64,000 bases of DNA from Eledone cirrhosa (taxonomy: Eukaryota). The notes below the pieces were generated by a model that was given only the letters and a program-made list of their open reading frames with translations, was not told the origin of the DNA and did not search any database. Numbering within the stretch: position 1 is the stretch's first letter; each line of letters begins with the position of its first letter. This document shows, one piece after another, positions 1 through 12,779 of the stretch. The stretch is taken from contig OZ024747.1 of the NCBI GenBank assembly GCA_964016885.1, forward strand, positions 88,598,001 to 88,662,000. Direction: 5' to 3'. A program made the translations under genes and the position numbers.

Positions 1-18
1 ATATATATATATATATAT

Positions 19-83
19 AACGAAGGAAATGTGGAATTAGCCGTCGAAACGGCTTGAGCTCAGCCGTCGGGGTCTTACTGGTT

Positions 84-87
<4 letters not shown>
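19..87. mobile_element. Internally deleted member of the 18338 family
   Basis: aacgaaggaaatgtgg (reverse complement of the tail end) fused to cgtcGAAACggcttgagctcagccGTCggggtc; TA tracts on both sides. Confidence 0.7.
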
Positions 88-151
<64 letters not shown>

Positions 152-511
152 GAGAAGAAAGAAGAATACTGCGTGGTTGCACATGGGTTACATATGATAA
201 AAATAGTCCCTCGTCAGTGATTTTCCAAGCATCATTGGTATTTCATCGCATTAAAAATCATATACTTCAGGTTGGTGCGAGCAATAACTAAAAAAAGTTA
301 TTGGGACCAGTAAATCGCGTAAAGCGAGGGGGACAAGTGAACAACATAGAAGGATAAAAGCAAACCAAAGAAAGGAAAAAAACAAGCAACATGGTAGTCC
401 TGGTCAGCATAAGCTGGGTGGATTTCATGAGCGAAAGGTACAGACGTCAGACGTGAGTGAGATGTAAGCAAGAAGATACCCACTGTAAGCCAAACGGGAG
501 GAAGTGAGAAA

Positions 512-708
512 TATAGTTAAATAAGATAACAAGGACGATTGGTTATTCTTTGATTACGTTTATTGGGGTCAGACGAGCCGCGGATTACAGAGTCAGGTCA
601 GATCGATACAGATCGAACCTTGAGCTTGTCAGTGGCGAACTGCGCGTCACCAACCAATAAACGTAATGAAGGAGTAACCAATCGTCCTTGTTATCTTATT
701 TAACTATA
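512..708 (+). mobile_element. Fold-back element with about 55-bp inverted arms enclosing a degenerate hammerhead
   Basis: Arms tatagttaaataagataacaaggacgattgg...; centre GGT-CAGACGA-GCC...GGC-GAAC-TGCGC-GTC-ACC. Confidence 0.7.
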
Positions 709-809
709 ATAAACTCTGTATAGCTCTACACCTCGACACTGAAGTGAACCTAAACATCGAGTGCTCACCCTGGTGAACCTACAGTAACTCCAAGTTACAC
801 TCCCTGGAT

Positions 810-1120
810 ATATATATATACACACTAGGTCTGAACATAAAGGAACCAAACTCCCACTGTCACTGCCTCCGTCTCTCCCACTCTCATCATCTCTCACAAA
901 TATGAGCAAATGGGGGCCCATGCGTTGGCCACCCCGTGGCCCCGGCGGACAGAATAGAGAAGGCGTCTGTGAGGAAAACGCTCTGGACGAGCCATTCCAG
1001 CTCGCGAGGCTCACACCTGCAGGTAGCTAACTCTGTGTCGATGGTGGTGAGCAGGGAGGTGGGGTGGCCCTACAGCCAATGACACCAGAAGTCTCCACTG
1101 CCACGGACTCGACCACAAAC
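810..1120 (-). mobile_element. CRE-type LINE 3' end (same family as 48185-49020)
   Basis: Clear nucleotide similarity to 48215-48530 (ggaaccaaactccc...aaatggggg...gaatagagaaggcg). Confidence 0.8.
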
Positions 1121-1360
1121 CTGTAGGAAAGGAACTAAACTTTAAGAAAAGAAGAGGTAATGAATTGCTGATATAGTTGATCATCGAAATATTGTGGTCT
1201 ATATTTAATGATTTTTCTTCGAAGGGTTACAACGTCGAATCTGTGAACTGATTTCAGATTCCACTGAAAGCAATTTCGCTTTTCAGTATTCAGGAAGTAA
1301 CAGAATAGAGGTGGAATCGATTCTTATCATTCCCTCTCTCCCTCTCTTTCTTTCCCTTTC

Positions 1361-1556
1361 CAGATCTGTCAACTCTTCCCGTCCGACGGAGAGATTTGCA
1401 ATTGCCTTTGGGGTGGGTGAGAGATGTCTTCTCTTGTGAAAATGGGTATAGCTTTCATTATGTAAAATTTCCCCATTTTGCCTAATTTCTTCCCGTTTTG
1501 GGGCACTTTTTTTTCGTGATACTTCCCGTTTGAGTTTTTAGGGGTTGGCAGGTCTG
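1361..1556. mobile_element. About 195-bp MITE with TIRs, possibly hAT-type
   Basis: Ends CAGATCTGTCAAC...GTTGGCAGGTCTG; three copies in the window. Confidence 0.75.
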
Positions 1557-1569
1557 GCTTTCTCCCATT

Positions 1570-1771
1570 TTGTTTCCACCTTTGGCACAAGGCCAGCAAT
1601 TATCCCAGTGTATTACTGGTACTTTATTTTATTAACCCCGTAAGGAGGAAAGGCGAAGTTAATCCCGCCGAGATTAACTTTGCCTTTCATCCTTACGAGG
1701 TCGATAAAATAAAGTACCAGTAATGCATTGGGATAATTGCTGGCCTTGTGCCAAAAGTAGAAACAATTATA
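1570..1771. mobile_element. Palindromic pair of 5'-truncated group A SINEs (tRNA-derived, octopus OK-like)
   Basis: Core ttaactttgcctttcatccttacg(g)ggtcgataaaataaagtaccag on both strands, centre about 1666. Confidence 0.85.
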
Positions 1772-2599
1772 TTTCACCCTGGATTGTATTTGCCTTATCA
1801 ATTTGCTGATTCGGTTTGAGAATCGCATTACCATGTTTATTTTATGACTAGGAATTCATTTATCCGAAAAACTGAACTCAAGATCGTCAGAGACTTCACC
1901 CCGCTTGGATTAGAGTTCAAGCCTTACCGATTGGCAATGGCTGCCCGATAAAAATTAATATTCATCAAATAATTCATGGATCGATAAGTTCAATTGCAAT
2001 GTGGAGTTTATAACCTAATGTTTTGGTCTTGATCTTTGTCTAAGATTGAGAACGTGGTCTTGTCACTTGAGCTGTAGACAGGTAAAACATATTTAATGAT
2101 TTGCGAGTGATACGATTTACCCTTGTGACACAGTAATATGAATATAAGAACAAACAATAGTTTGAGCAGCGCCATTACCACGTTTTATCCAATAAATCTA
2201 ATTAAATATTATTTAAAACTATTCAAATATTAAATATTTTCAATATTTCACTGAATAACATCTGCTGCAAATAGAAATTGAAAATCAAAATATTTAAATG
2301 TGTGCAAACGGATTATTTCCAGAAATTATGATTTTAAATTATATTTCGTCAAAATTGCTTCGGGGAATATAACGATAGTTTGAATTGTTTTTGTTATTAT
2401 TATCATTATTTTTTGTTGTTGGTGTTGGTGTTGTTGGTGGTGATTTTTTGGGGTTTCTATCATTCATTCTCTTCTGCTTTCCCTCCTCCCTCCCTCCGTG
2501 AGTGTGTGTATGTGGGGGTATCTGTGTGTGTGTGTGTGTGTGTGTTGTTATTGCTCTGAAGGATCTGAAGACTAACAACTACCGTACATAGCATTAGTT

Positions 2600-3560
2600 T
2601 CCAAAAATACAGATATCTGCGGCAAGTATGTTAGCAAAAAAAAATGTCACAATCTATTTTATATTAGAGAGGCATGTAGTGGAAAATTCGCAAAACGTTT
2701 ATTGATAATCTCTTTTATATTGATGAAGGAGCATACCATCTCCCCATGATTTTAAGAACCTCATCAACAACAATTGCATTAGGGCTTCCAGTGTACTCTC
2801 GAATAAGGAAAAGTTCGATGATGCAGCCGCTTTCTACAGTAATACTTTACTAGCTCCCGGATTTAAAATCAATATTACCTACTTATCCTAATCCCCCCCC
2901 CCCCCAAAAAAAAAGATAAGCCATAATATCATATGGTTCATACACATCCTTTTCACTCAATATTAAAGTTAATATACAATGAGATTTTCTAACCTAAATA
3001 ATTAAGCTCTTCTCGGTCAAATATACAATGAGAAAATATTTTAACAACTCAAACTGAAACTACATTACATTTTCCGACGACGAACATGGAAAGTATATTA
3101 TGTACAACCATCAACCAAACTGAAGTTACGTGCTCAAGCACAGGCAGAAACACTAGCTAAATCGGGCAACATATACGGCATGATTCGTGAGACAATGGTC
3201 ACTTATACAGAAACCATTTCAGGCGTGGCACATAAAGGTCACACGGATTTAGGAGAGGAAAAGTTAAAGTTAGCATTTTATAATCATGCATCCATATCTA
3301 GTGTATGGATAACAACAAAAATAGCCGACAAAATCAAGTATTTCAAAGAAAATAAACATCAAACTACAATATTAAATGGAAAGTTATCTTGACATCCACA
3401 CCCTACAAAAATGGTAACAAGAGACATTAACTTTGCATAGCAGAAGAAAGTCTTCGAAAACTTACATAATTAAAACCTCTGTTTAAACAACAGCCCAGAA
3501 ATGTTTCCTAAAATCTAACACTTTTAAAAGCACCAGCTACAGAACTTCAGAAACACAAAC
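2600..3560 (+). mobile_element. Decayed Penelope-like element (RT thumb to GIY-YIG end)
   Basis: Broken frames give FDDAAAFYSNTLLAPGF, HNIIWF, KLAFYNH, PYKNGNKRH*LCIAE and LNNSPEMF, in the order expected for PLE C-termini. Confidence 0.7.
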
Positions 3561-6284
3561 TTTCTGTGTTAGATATTTTATAATACAGGGAAATCTAGTA
3601 ATTTTGTTGGTAAAATAGCCTATTTGAACTATATATTTAAAATATTTTGAGAGACATAACAATAGAAGAGTTCAGTTTAATATAGGTGCGTTGAAGGAAC
3701 ACCTACAATTGTCGCTGTACCTTTATCAAAGGAAGATAAAAAAACATTTAATGGCGATGAATTGACAGTTTTAGAACGTTGGATATGTTTAGCGTTATTC
3801 GTTCCGGCTTTCTCCTTCCAGATCGATAAAAAAGCACCAGCCCAGTACTAGAGTTGACCCTTCCAATAACTGTGCTGGTATGGTTGTTGTTTACCTTCTA
3901 AATGAACCCTGATCAAGTATAATTATGAGCAAAGACATTCCAGTCATATTCATACCAATATTACAATTCAATTGGATATTCCAACGTATGTGTCTACATA
4001 ATCCGATGCAGATAATTTATAGAAGCTTATTCATTGGTGATGATACGTCTATCTAATATACACATGTGTATTAGTGGTGCTATGTGTATCTAAGGTGCAC
4101 ACAAGAAAATTGACAAAGATAGGACAAGACAACAAACGAAAACAAAACAAAGCGAAAAACATTTTTTTAAGAGGAAACCAAATAAATATCCAAACGAAGG
4201 AGACAGAACTCAATGGTCATTGGGCGTTTCGTGTAGTTTCGACCTCTAGCATCTAAGATACGCACTTGTATATTTTGTGTCAACTATGAAGTTAAACGAG
4301 TTTGTTTTTCAGACCCATATGTGCTGTTGTATGAAGTTGGTACAGCGTATGGACACTTTTATTGGCTCAAACTATCTAACCCCAAGTAATGGAGTGTGAG
4401 TTTCTTATGTAGATTTAGTGTAAGCTTCACACCATCAAATGTTAAATATGCTGAATAAACAAAATGTTGATTAATAGTATCTCAGGAAATGTAACTTTCC
4501 TCTTACAGACTTACAAATTACCTTTCTCTTCAGTTTTATGATAAGTAAGAATTGGTGCCTTGGTATCTACCAGTTCAAGCGTCAACGATTAGTATCATAT
4601 CACCTGTGTTGCATAGACATTATGTCAAATATACTGTCATGCTGGTATAAGATACTTATCTGTAAAACAATTCTACACGTTGGTAGAGCTCACTGCTGTA
4701 AAGAAAGGGAACACTGTTTAATTAACGAGTGCTTCATTAACTTACAGTTAGCTGAGTTCTTGTCCTTCTGGGATTCGATGATGATACGAAGGTTCATTCT
4801 GCTATCCTATTTCAGCCATCTCTATTATCATTATTACTACACACCTACCATGAAAATTAAAATCAAATATGAATGAAATGATACTAAATACAGTGAAAGA
4901 TAAAAATACTCAATCCTGCCATCAACAAAAACGAAACACCACACGTAATATTGTTCAATAATAATGTAAGAAGTAGAATCTATTCGTAGCATTAGCTCAC
5001 AAGAACGGAGCTTAATGTAGTTGTCTGAAGCCACATAACACTTTCATTGCAGCGATGAACGTTTCCTGTATTTTGAGATTTCGCTCAGGTCATTAAACAT
5101 TTAGATAGTATTGTTATTTACCAATTTATCACTTTGGTGTTCGCTTCAACAAATTTTGCTATTCACTTTCCGATATTCTCAACAGCAATATAAAATTCTT
5201 TCTTTCTTTTTTGTGTGGTTTTTCTTTTGCTTTTTCCCTTTCGTATTGAACACAATATTCACAGGAACCCCAACGATGTATATTGAAGATAATATAATCA
5301 TTTGATTTTCTACTGCCGAAAGGAGGGAATCTTTTTTGCAAATGTTGTTAACTATTATTCATGTTAGAAATCAGTTACCTCAGTCAGTTTGGCCATTATA
5401 AAATACTCGGCCCGTGAAAAACAAAAACCTATGTGTTTGAATATGCTTAGCAACATAGATGATAGTTATCTATTGAATGTAGATCAATAATAGAAAACTA
5501 TTTTTGTCGAGTTCTGAAATGTTATGCCTAATTAAGAGTATGTATCCTTCTTATTAACAAGGCGGTAACAAGTACCGACATACAGCATGATTCTTAGAAA
5601 ATCGAATCCGTGTCGCGGTGTTCGTCTACAGCCTTATAAATTTCAAACTCAGGACGATGTGGACGTAAAGCAAGGTCAATTATTTCCCACTTAAACGTAA
5701 AACACATGAGTCAAATATGAGAAAAAAAACAAAACAAAAACATGAAAGATATTTATTTTAAGCTGAATTATTAACTTTAATTATGTATCTTTCGATTTTC
5801 CAAAGAATCTTCAGTGATTTCCGTTAGTTCATTGTTATCACTTAAACTGTCAGAAATTGTATTCTGAACGATTCTACAAATGACAGTATGATTTCATAAT
5901 GATCCCATTATATAGGTACCTACAAATTCATATCTGCATGGGTATTATGGCTTGAGATAAAATTTGTCATCATAACGTTTGATAAATACTTCTGGCAATT
6001 GCTCTCAAAGCAGCGGTTAGAACAGACGCTGTTCTGTGTGTTTTGATCACCATACAGAGAAATGGGAGGGTGAAAGAGATGGAGGCGATGATAGTGGGAG
6101 TTTGGCTCTTCCGTGTTCGGACACATTGTACCTGTCGTGAGGATCATGTTGTAGGGTGGTTGTAGCTTTCTACCATGGCGAGTCTGCAATACAGTTTAAA
6201 CTCTCATTTCATTTTACCCTTGCAAATAGCTCCTTCCACTCCTCCCACTCCTACAGAGCTATTTGCTATCTGCCGTGACAGGTT

Positions 6285-6356
6285 GGCAAGGTGGCAAGGT
6301 GGCAAGGTGGCAAGGTGGCAAGGTGGCAAGGTGGCAAGGTGGCAAGGTGGCAAGGT
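6285..6356. repeat. (GGCAAGGT)n octamer repeat, about 9 copies
   Basis: Read directly. Confidence 0.95.
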
Positions 6357-7546
6357 CTACCAGACTGTCAGTATAGTGTTTTAAACGTAAGACACGGCGA
6401 GAAAGCGAGCGAAAATGTTGAAGTACACACCACTTGTACATTTCTGCTGCAATATTTGAGTCAAAGAAACTCAAATGCGACGGCGTTGAGGGGTGGCTTA
6501 TTGTCACTTTGTGTTCCAGTATGGGCACATAATCAATGCAGGCGTAATGAGATGAGAGATGTGATCAGACGCTTTAATAATCCCACAAATCCACTGTCAT
6601 GGACTGGTATATATATATTAGGAACCTCGAAAGAAGGAAAAGCAAGTATGATCCCGCAAGATTTGAACACCGCAAGTCGTTTTATTCTACGTTCTTATAA
6701 ATTTTCCCGATTTTGCACCTATATAATCATTATCATCATCATCATAATACTAGTTTACTGTGTCACTATTTTTGTTCTTAGTAGTATCATCATCATTATC
6801 ATCACCACTACATTTGCAGAGACACTAGAGCACGTGACTATATTCCTCTGCAGAATACGATTTTATCACTTTCCACAAACCCTGTTTATGCTGAATTTCC
6901 ATTTCATTACACTGGAGCAGATAAAATATACGTAACTCGTGTTGTGAACTGAGTCGACAGAATTGCATAGCCGTCAATTTCGTAGTCTTCTGATCTTATC
7001 AACATCTGCAGCATCATCATCATTCCCATCATCATCATCATCATCATCTCCATTATCATCATCATCATCATCTCCATTATCATCATCAACCTCATCATAA
7101 TTATTATCATCATCGTCATCATATTTTGATAATCAAGAATAACACATATTCTTCAAATATGGTTTCAAAAAATAATCTTGATATTGATGTTCTATTTTTT
7201 ATACATTGTTAGTGCTTTTGTTATTTGTTGTTGTTGTGGTGGTGGTGGTGGTGGTGGTGGTGATGGAGGTGGTGTAGGTGATGTCATTATTACACAATTT
7301 TAGATAACATGGCCGGATGTAAGTTCTATATAACTAGAAATAAGTGTAAGTTTATACACACACAGAGAGACACATACATAGACACACACACACACATACA
7401 CACATACACGCACACATACACACACACAGACACACTCAGATATATATGTAAGTTTCATATAACTAGAAAAGACATGGTATTAGAAATAAGGGTAAATTTA
7501 TACACACGCACTGATACATATATGCATGTGTTTATATATTCATGGA

Positions 7547-7585
<39 letters not shown>

Positions 7586-7739
7586 ATGCGTTTATATATA
7601 TGTGTGTGTGTGTGTAGCAGATGTGGCGGTATGTAATATAGAGATAGTAATATTTATTAACGTATGGGGTAGAGTAGTATGGAAGGTGTATTGTATTATG
7701 TAAGTGTGGAAAAAGAAAGAGAAAGAAAAGATATTAAGA

Positions 7740-8375
7740 AAATATATAAATTTGACATCACATTTCTGTTGGAGAAAACTACAAGAGCAGGTTGGATTTA
7801 CGTCGGTTATATTCTTTGCCTTAGTGATACATTTAGAATACTACAGGGTTTGTCCTCTCCGGGACATGATTATTTGAACTCAAAGAACGACATTATTATG
7901 GTATGCCTCCATCTCAAAACCTACCTGCTTGCTAAGTGGAAATACTCAACAAATTCAACTGATTTCAACCACCTTAATTTGATTTATATGCTTTCTTAAT
8001 ATCTTTTTGTTCTCTTTTTTCCACACGTACATAATACAATACTATACTACTTTTACTCCATAGCTTAATAAATATTACGATCTTTATAATACATAACACC
8101 ACATAAAACCATGCATTTGCTATAGAGTATTAATTTGAACACATGTGCTACTGCTTTGCTATTTCAAATTTACATGTTTGAGTTATTTCCCTTTGTTATA
8201 ATATGTTTTCGTAAACTAGCATTTTATCGGTATCTTCATACACGTTTAAGCGCCTGAAGATTAGGTTACAATTCTGATCCTTCTTACATTTTGGAGATAT
8301 GGCCAATATAGGGCTTTGAAACCTTAGGTAGTGCTCTTGTTCCGCGTATGAACAAAATAAATAATATAATATAAT
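7740..8375 (+). mobile_element. Penelope-like element 3' end: GIY-YIG C-terminal relic plus pLTR with hammerhead
   Basis: ILCLSD..YLNSKNDIIMVCLHLKTYLL resembles CxLCLxEK..LNxRxE..CxH..K.LL; followed by a hammerhead motif at 8249-8335 and a TA tract. Confidence 0.65.
8249..8335 (+). ncRNA. Hammerhead motif in a PLE 3' pLTR, stem II degenerate
   Basis: AGCGC-CTGAAGA-...-GAAAC-CTTAG-GTA-GTGCT. Confidence 0.6.
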
Positions 8376-9158
8376 ACATATATATATATAATTACATGCT
8401 TTCAGATGGACATTGAAGATACTAGAAGTTTTATAGGCTTTGTTGACAAAGACACGTAATCTCCATTATCAGAAATTGTAGGTACGCGTTTGTCATCACC
8501 AGTTGTCAGTCTTGAATAAATCCTATATTTTACGATATGATAACCAATTATGGGAATCTCTTTATGATACAAATGCATGTGGGAACAGAGTGTGCTATAT
8601 CTCATAACAGCATAAACACTGTTAGATGTCGTAAAGTTTCGTATATATAATTATGTGCAATAATAGTTCAATTTTTGTGGAGGATGTAAAATATTAAGTG
8701 GTAATTTCTTTACAAAATCTAGACCGCCACAAAATTGTAATTCCAGCGTGTACAATTTAAATATAAGCTTCTTTAAATTTTTTTCTTTTCTGCTAAACAC
8801 GATGCCAAATTTTAGATGAAGGATACACATTTCAAATGAATAGATTTGAGAATCTCACTTCTTATTTTATTGACAGTCGAAAGGAAAATACATACAATTG
8901 AGATTTGAATTCACGTCTGCATTAAGACGAAATAGTGTCATCATATACAAATCTACTTCCAATTCAGCTCAATATCGATTTCTAACATTAGCGCAAGTCA
9001 TGAAACTCGAGAGATAACAACAGTTAACTAAATCGATCTCACTACTTGACAGATACCTATTTTATCATGTCCGAGGGGATAGAATGCAAAATTGGTGGGA
9101 TTTGAGTGTGAAAAGACGTAACTAAAAGACATACTATCGAAATTGTCATTCGCCTAGA

Positions 9159-9232
<74 letters not shown>

Positions 9233-9318
9233 ATAGTAGCAGCAGCAACAGCAACAGCAGCAGTTGTAGTAGTATCAGTAGTAGTAGTAGTAATAGCAGC
9301 AGCAGCAGTAGCAGTAGC

Positions 9319-9361
<43 letters not shown>
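9159..9361. repeat. (TAG/CAG)n microsatellite
   Basis: Read directly. Confidence 0.95.
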
Positions 9362-9426
9362 TATCTTATGTGTTGCAAGGGCAACGGATCAGCGAGTATT
9401 ACATGGACAAAATACAATAAACTGGT

Positions 9427-9848
9427 GGGAGTTTACATAGAACCAAGAGGAAACAGGGAGTTTATATAGAATGAAGGGGAAACGGAGTTTACATAGAACC
9501 AAGAGGAAACAGGGAGTTTATATAGAATGGAGGAGAAACAGGGAGTTTATATAGAATGGAGGAGAAACAGGGAGGGAGTTTATATAGAATGGAGGAGAAA
9601 CAGGGAGTTTATATAGAATGGAGGGGAAACGGGGTTTATATAGAATGAAGGGGAAACGGAGTTTATATAGAATGAAGGGGAAACGGAGTTTATATAGAAT
9701 GGAGGGGAAACGGGGTTTATATAGAATGAAGGGGAAACGGAGTTTATATAGAATGAAGGGGAAACGGAGTTTATATAGAATGAAGGGGAAACGGGGTTTA
9801 CATAGAATGAAGGGGAAACGGAGTTTATATAGAATGAAGGGGAAACGG
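9427..9848. repeat. Minisatellite, about 27-28-bp unit, roughly 15 copies
   Basis: ggagtttatatagaatgaaggggaaac and variants. Confidence 0.95.
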
Positions 9849-11525
9849 GTATAGAAGAAAAAAAAAACAGACGAAATAAGAAACAAAAGAAAAAAGCGCC
9901 TGAGAGTAAAGAAAACGAAAGTAAATGGAACGAAACACTCAGGCAAAGTAGTCTTGAAATCTAATAGTACATGCCCTCCCTGATGAAGGTCAAATGCCAG
10001 ATTTGTTGCTACCATTTGTTGATGACATGACTGCAGTATCAACATTATTGGAGGTCTATGAATTCTTAGTCTCTATTGACGAATAATGTTACTTCATTTG
10101 TTGCACCTAAGCCAAAGATCCTTCGTCATTACGTGCAATTAGATCTGAACCCCGCCAATTCTCGGCCTATTTTGTTGGTTGAATCTCTTCATGTCCAGGA
10201 TTGTGGTCCCCCCCCCCCAAAAAAAAAAATCCTCACAATCTCAAATGAAAAACTATGTGTATTTATGGTGTCATATCATATTTATGGTGTCACAATCACC
10301 GTTGCCTCTCATCGACACAATCAGTAGGGGGTGTGGTGAAATCCTCGCTCTTACAGTGATTAGAGATATGCCTCTTAGCCTGGTTTTTTCAGAGGAATCT
10401 CACCTCCACTCTCCCATATTGCCTGACGCAATTCACTAAAGTCACGTATTCAAGATGCTCTTTATCTATTTGTCTAACCGTAGCTGCCTCGAGCCCTACA
10501 CCCGCTGACTACTCTTCCTTATTTACTTGCATTTTACTGTGAGGAGGGGACTAGATCCCGAAAAATCGTCACTGCGAGGAAAATAGGAAGGGAACAAACA
10601 TTGATTACCACAAAAAATAGAAAGGTCCAAACTATGACTGCCTTCCTCGATGTATGACATTTCTAGTCTCTATGGATTTTCCTTTTGTATTTTCAAAGGA
10701 AACTTAGTAAAATATGTTGGGAACTCAATCAAAAGAACAGAAAATTATTGTGCCATTGTTTTTGTTATTGGTATTGTCATTATTTTTGTCGGTGGTGGTG
10801 GTGGTGGTGATTATGATGATGATGAGGATATTGTTAGTGTGATGTTGATGGTCTGTAGTGTTATTGTGCGCAGATCATTCTAGAGGAAGCACCATTTCGA
10901 TTGTTCCTTGATATGTTTTCCAGAGTAGTTATTGTTGTAATCGTACTTTATCTCGTGGAACTGTAGCTGTTGGTGGTGTCCACCAATCTAATATCTATGG
11001 GATTTCTTTCCGTCCTACGACTTCCGGAACCAATGATCACGCTACTAATCGAGGAGACGATCTCAGCGGAGGTGTTGTTGTAGTGGTTGTTGTTATTACT
11101 ATATTTAAGAGTGGTGGTGAACGTTGTGGCAGGTGCGGTTGTGCAGTTATCAACGAAAGGAGAGATTTTTTTTAATTCCGGAGGAAAGTTCTCCCGCTCC
11201 CGTCTTTGCTTTCTTTCTATAGAAGCAATAGAAACTAAAGCAGATAGAATGAACAAAATAACAAATAATAGTAGGTACAATTATATCTTATCGGGGACAA
11301 TAGAGTAACTATTAAAAACGATTTTATTTGGAATGAATCCATTTGTATCTGAGTGTCTTAATTTAAGAAATGAGGCAATTGCAATGAAGAAAAATAGAAA
11401 AAATGTATTAAGAGAAAAAAGCATGTATCTATTTGATAGATGAGATAAAAGGATAGTTTGATAAGTAGGTAAGTAGGTATGGAAATACTTACATGTAAAC
11501 GAAATCATATATATGTGTGTGTATG

Positions 11526-11580
<55 letters not shown>

Positions 11581-12155
11581 ATATAAGTATATGTATAACG
11601 TTATTGGCAAAATGGCTAATCACAAAATGGCTAATACTTTTCAATTTAAACTTTTTCAATTGACATTAACAAAGGTACTCACAATATGTTATGGATACGG
11701 GATAAAAATGTCTTTATGTGTGTGGTGTGGAGGGGTTTCTGTTAAACCTGATCTTTTCAATATATCATCAACAACTTCATATCACGTTGTACAAATTTTT
11801 TCAACGATCTGCTTAGAACTTTTTTTTCTTTCCGATTTCCATCATTTTTTATAGCTTTTCTTATTCACTTAATTTAAATTCACGGTAGGTATATTTCCTT
11901 TCAATTTTATATGTTTACTTCTTGTCCTTTAGACGTTTTCCTCCTGTGAAATAAATCTCTATCTGCAGGATATTTTAAATCTTGAACAAGTGACAAGAAT
12001 TGAATACGAAGCTATAATAATTATTCGATGTAAAAGAAAATTGAAATATTCATGATAGTAATCATTTACTTATTTGCCACAAGGACGCATACATACAATA
12101 AGAAATTATTGTACATACAAAATGAAATTATAAAATACGTACGAGGATGTGTGTG

Positions 12156-12188
<33 letters not shown>

Positions 12189-12242
12189 GTGTGTGGTGTG
12201 TGTGTGTGTGTGTGGTGTGTGTGTGTGTGTGTGTGTGTGTGT

Positions 12243-12524
12243 ATTTAATAGAAAAATGGCTTCTACAGGACTAAAACGGTTTCATTCGGGAGAAATCATC
12301 AGGAAACCATTTCTATATTAATTATTTATACTCTGCTTTGTATTGAGTACCTTACTTATTGAACTCGGGATAAACTTATCTTAACCATCAGGGCTTCCTG
12401 CGATTTCTCCTGAATGAAACAGTTCTAGTCCTGTAGAAGCCATTTCTATATTAAATATTTATACTCTGCTATGTATTGAGTACCTTACTTACTGTAGTTA
12501 CCCCCCGATTGAATCCGGGATAAA

Positions 12525-12530
<6 letters not shown>
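12243..12530. mobile_element. Small hammerhead-bearing element: inverted motif (12255-12311, -) plus partial tandem unit with motif (12392-12441, +)
   Basis: Consensus GGCTTC-CTGATGA-tTTC....GAAt-GAAAC-AGttctagtcCT-GTA-GAAGCC; repeated segment ccatttctatattaaat...gggataaactta. Confidence 0.75.
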
Positions 12531-12559
<29 letters not shown>

Positions 12560-12697
12560 GAAGTAATTCCGTCGGAAAGGTCCAGGAAAAAAGAGTGCTC
12601 TATGTAAGTTACAGAGCTTATTAGTTATGTAATAAACAACATAAGATAATTATTTCATTTACCAGTGGTTTCTTGAAAGCAACCAAAATTGCTTTCA

Positions 12698-12779
<82 letters not shown>

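Noticed and set aside
4300-4560. Candidate small 5' UTR exons of the GPCR (also at about 6300-6390 and 10960-11275)
   Set aside because: AG/GT signals are common in such sequence; no transcript evidence
9427-9848. 27-28-bp repeat as a CRISPR-like array or repeat protein
   Set aside because: Contiguous tandem units with no unique spacers; an ordinary minisatellite
9975-10580. CTGATGA at about 9980 and GTGAGGA..GAAA..GTC at about 10539-10575 as hammerheads
   Set aside because: The first lacks a GAAA partner and the second lacks a convincing stem I. Similarly weak cases at about 165-225, 12653-12700, 12928, 20988, 29967, 37305-37352, 38230 and 45699 were not called.
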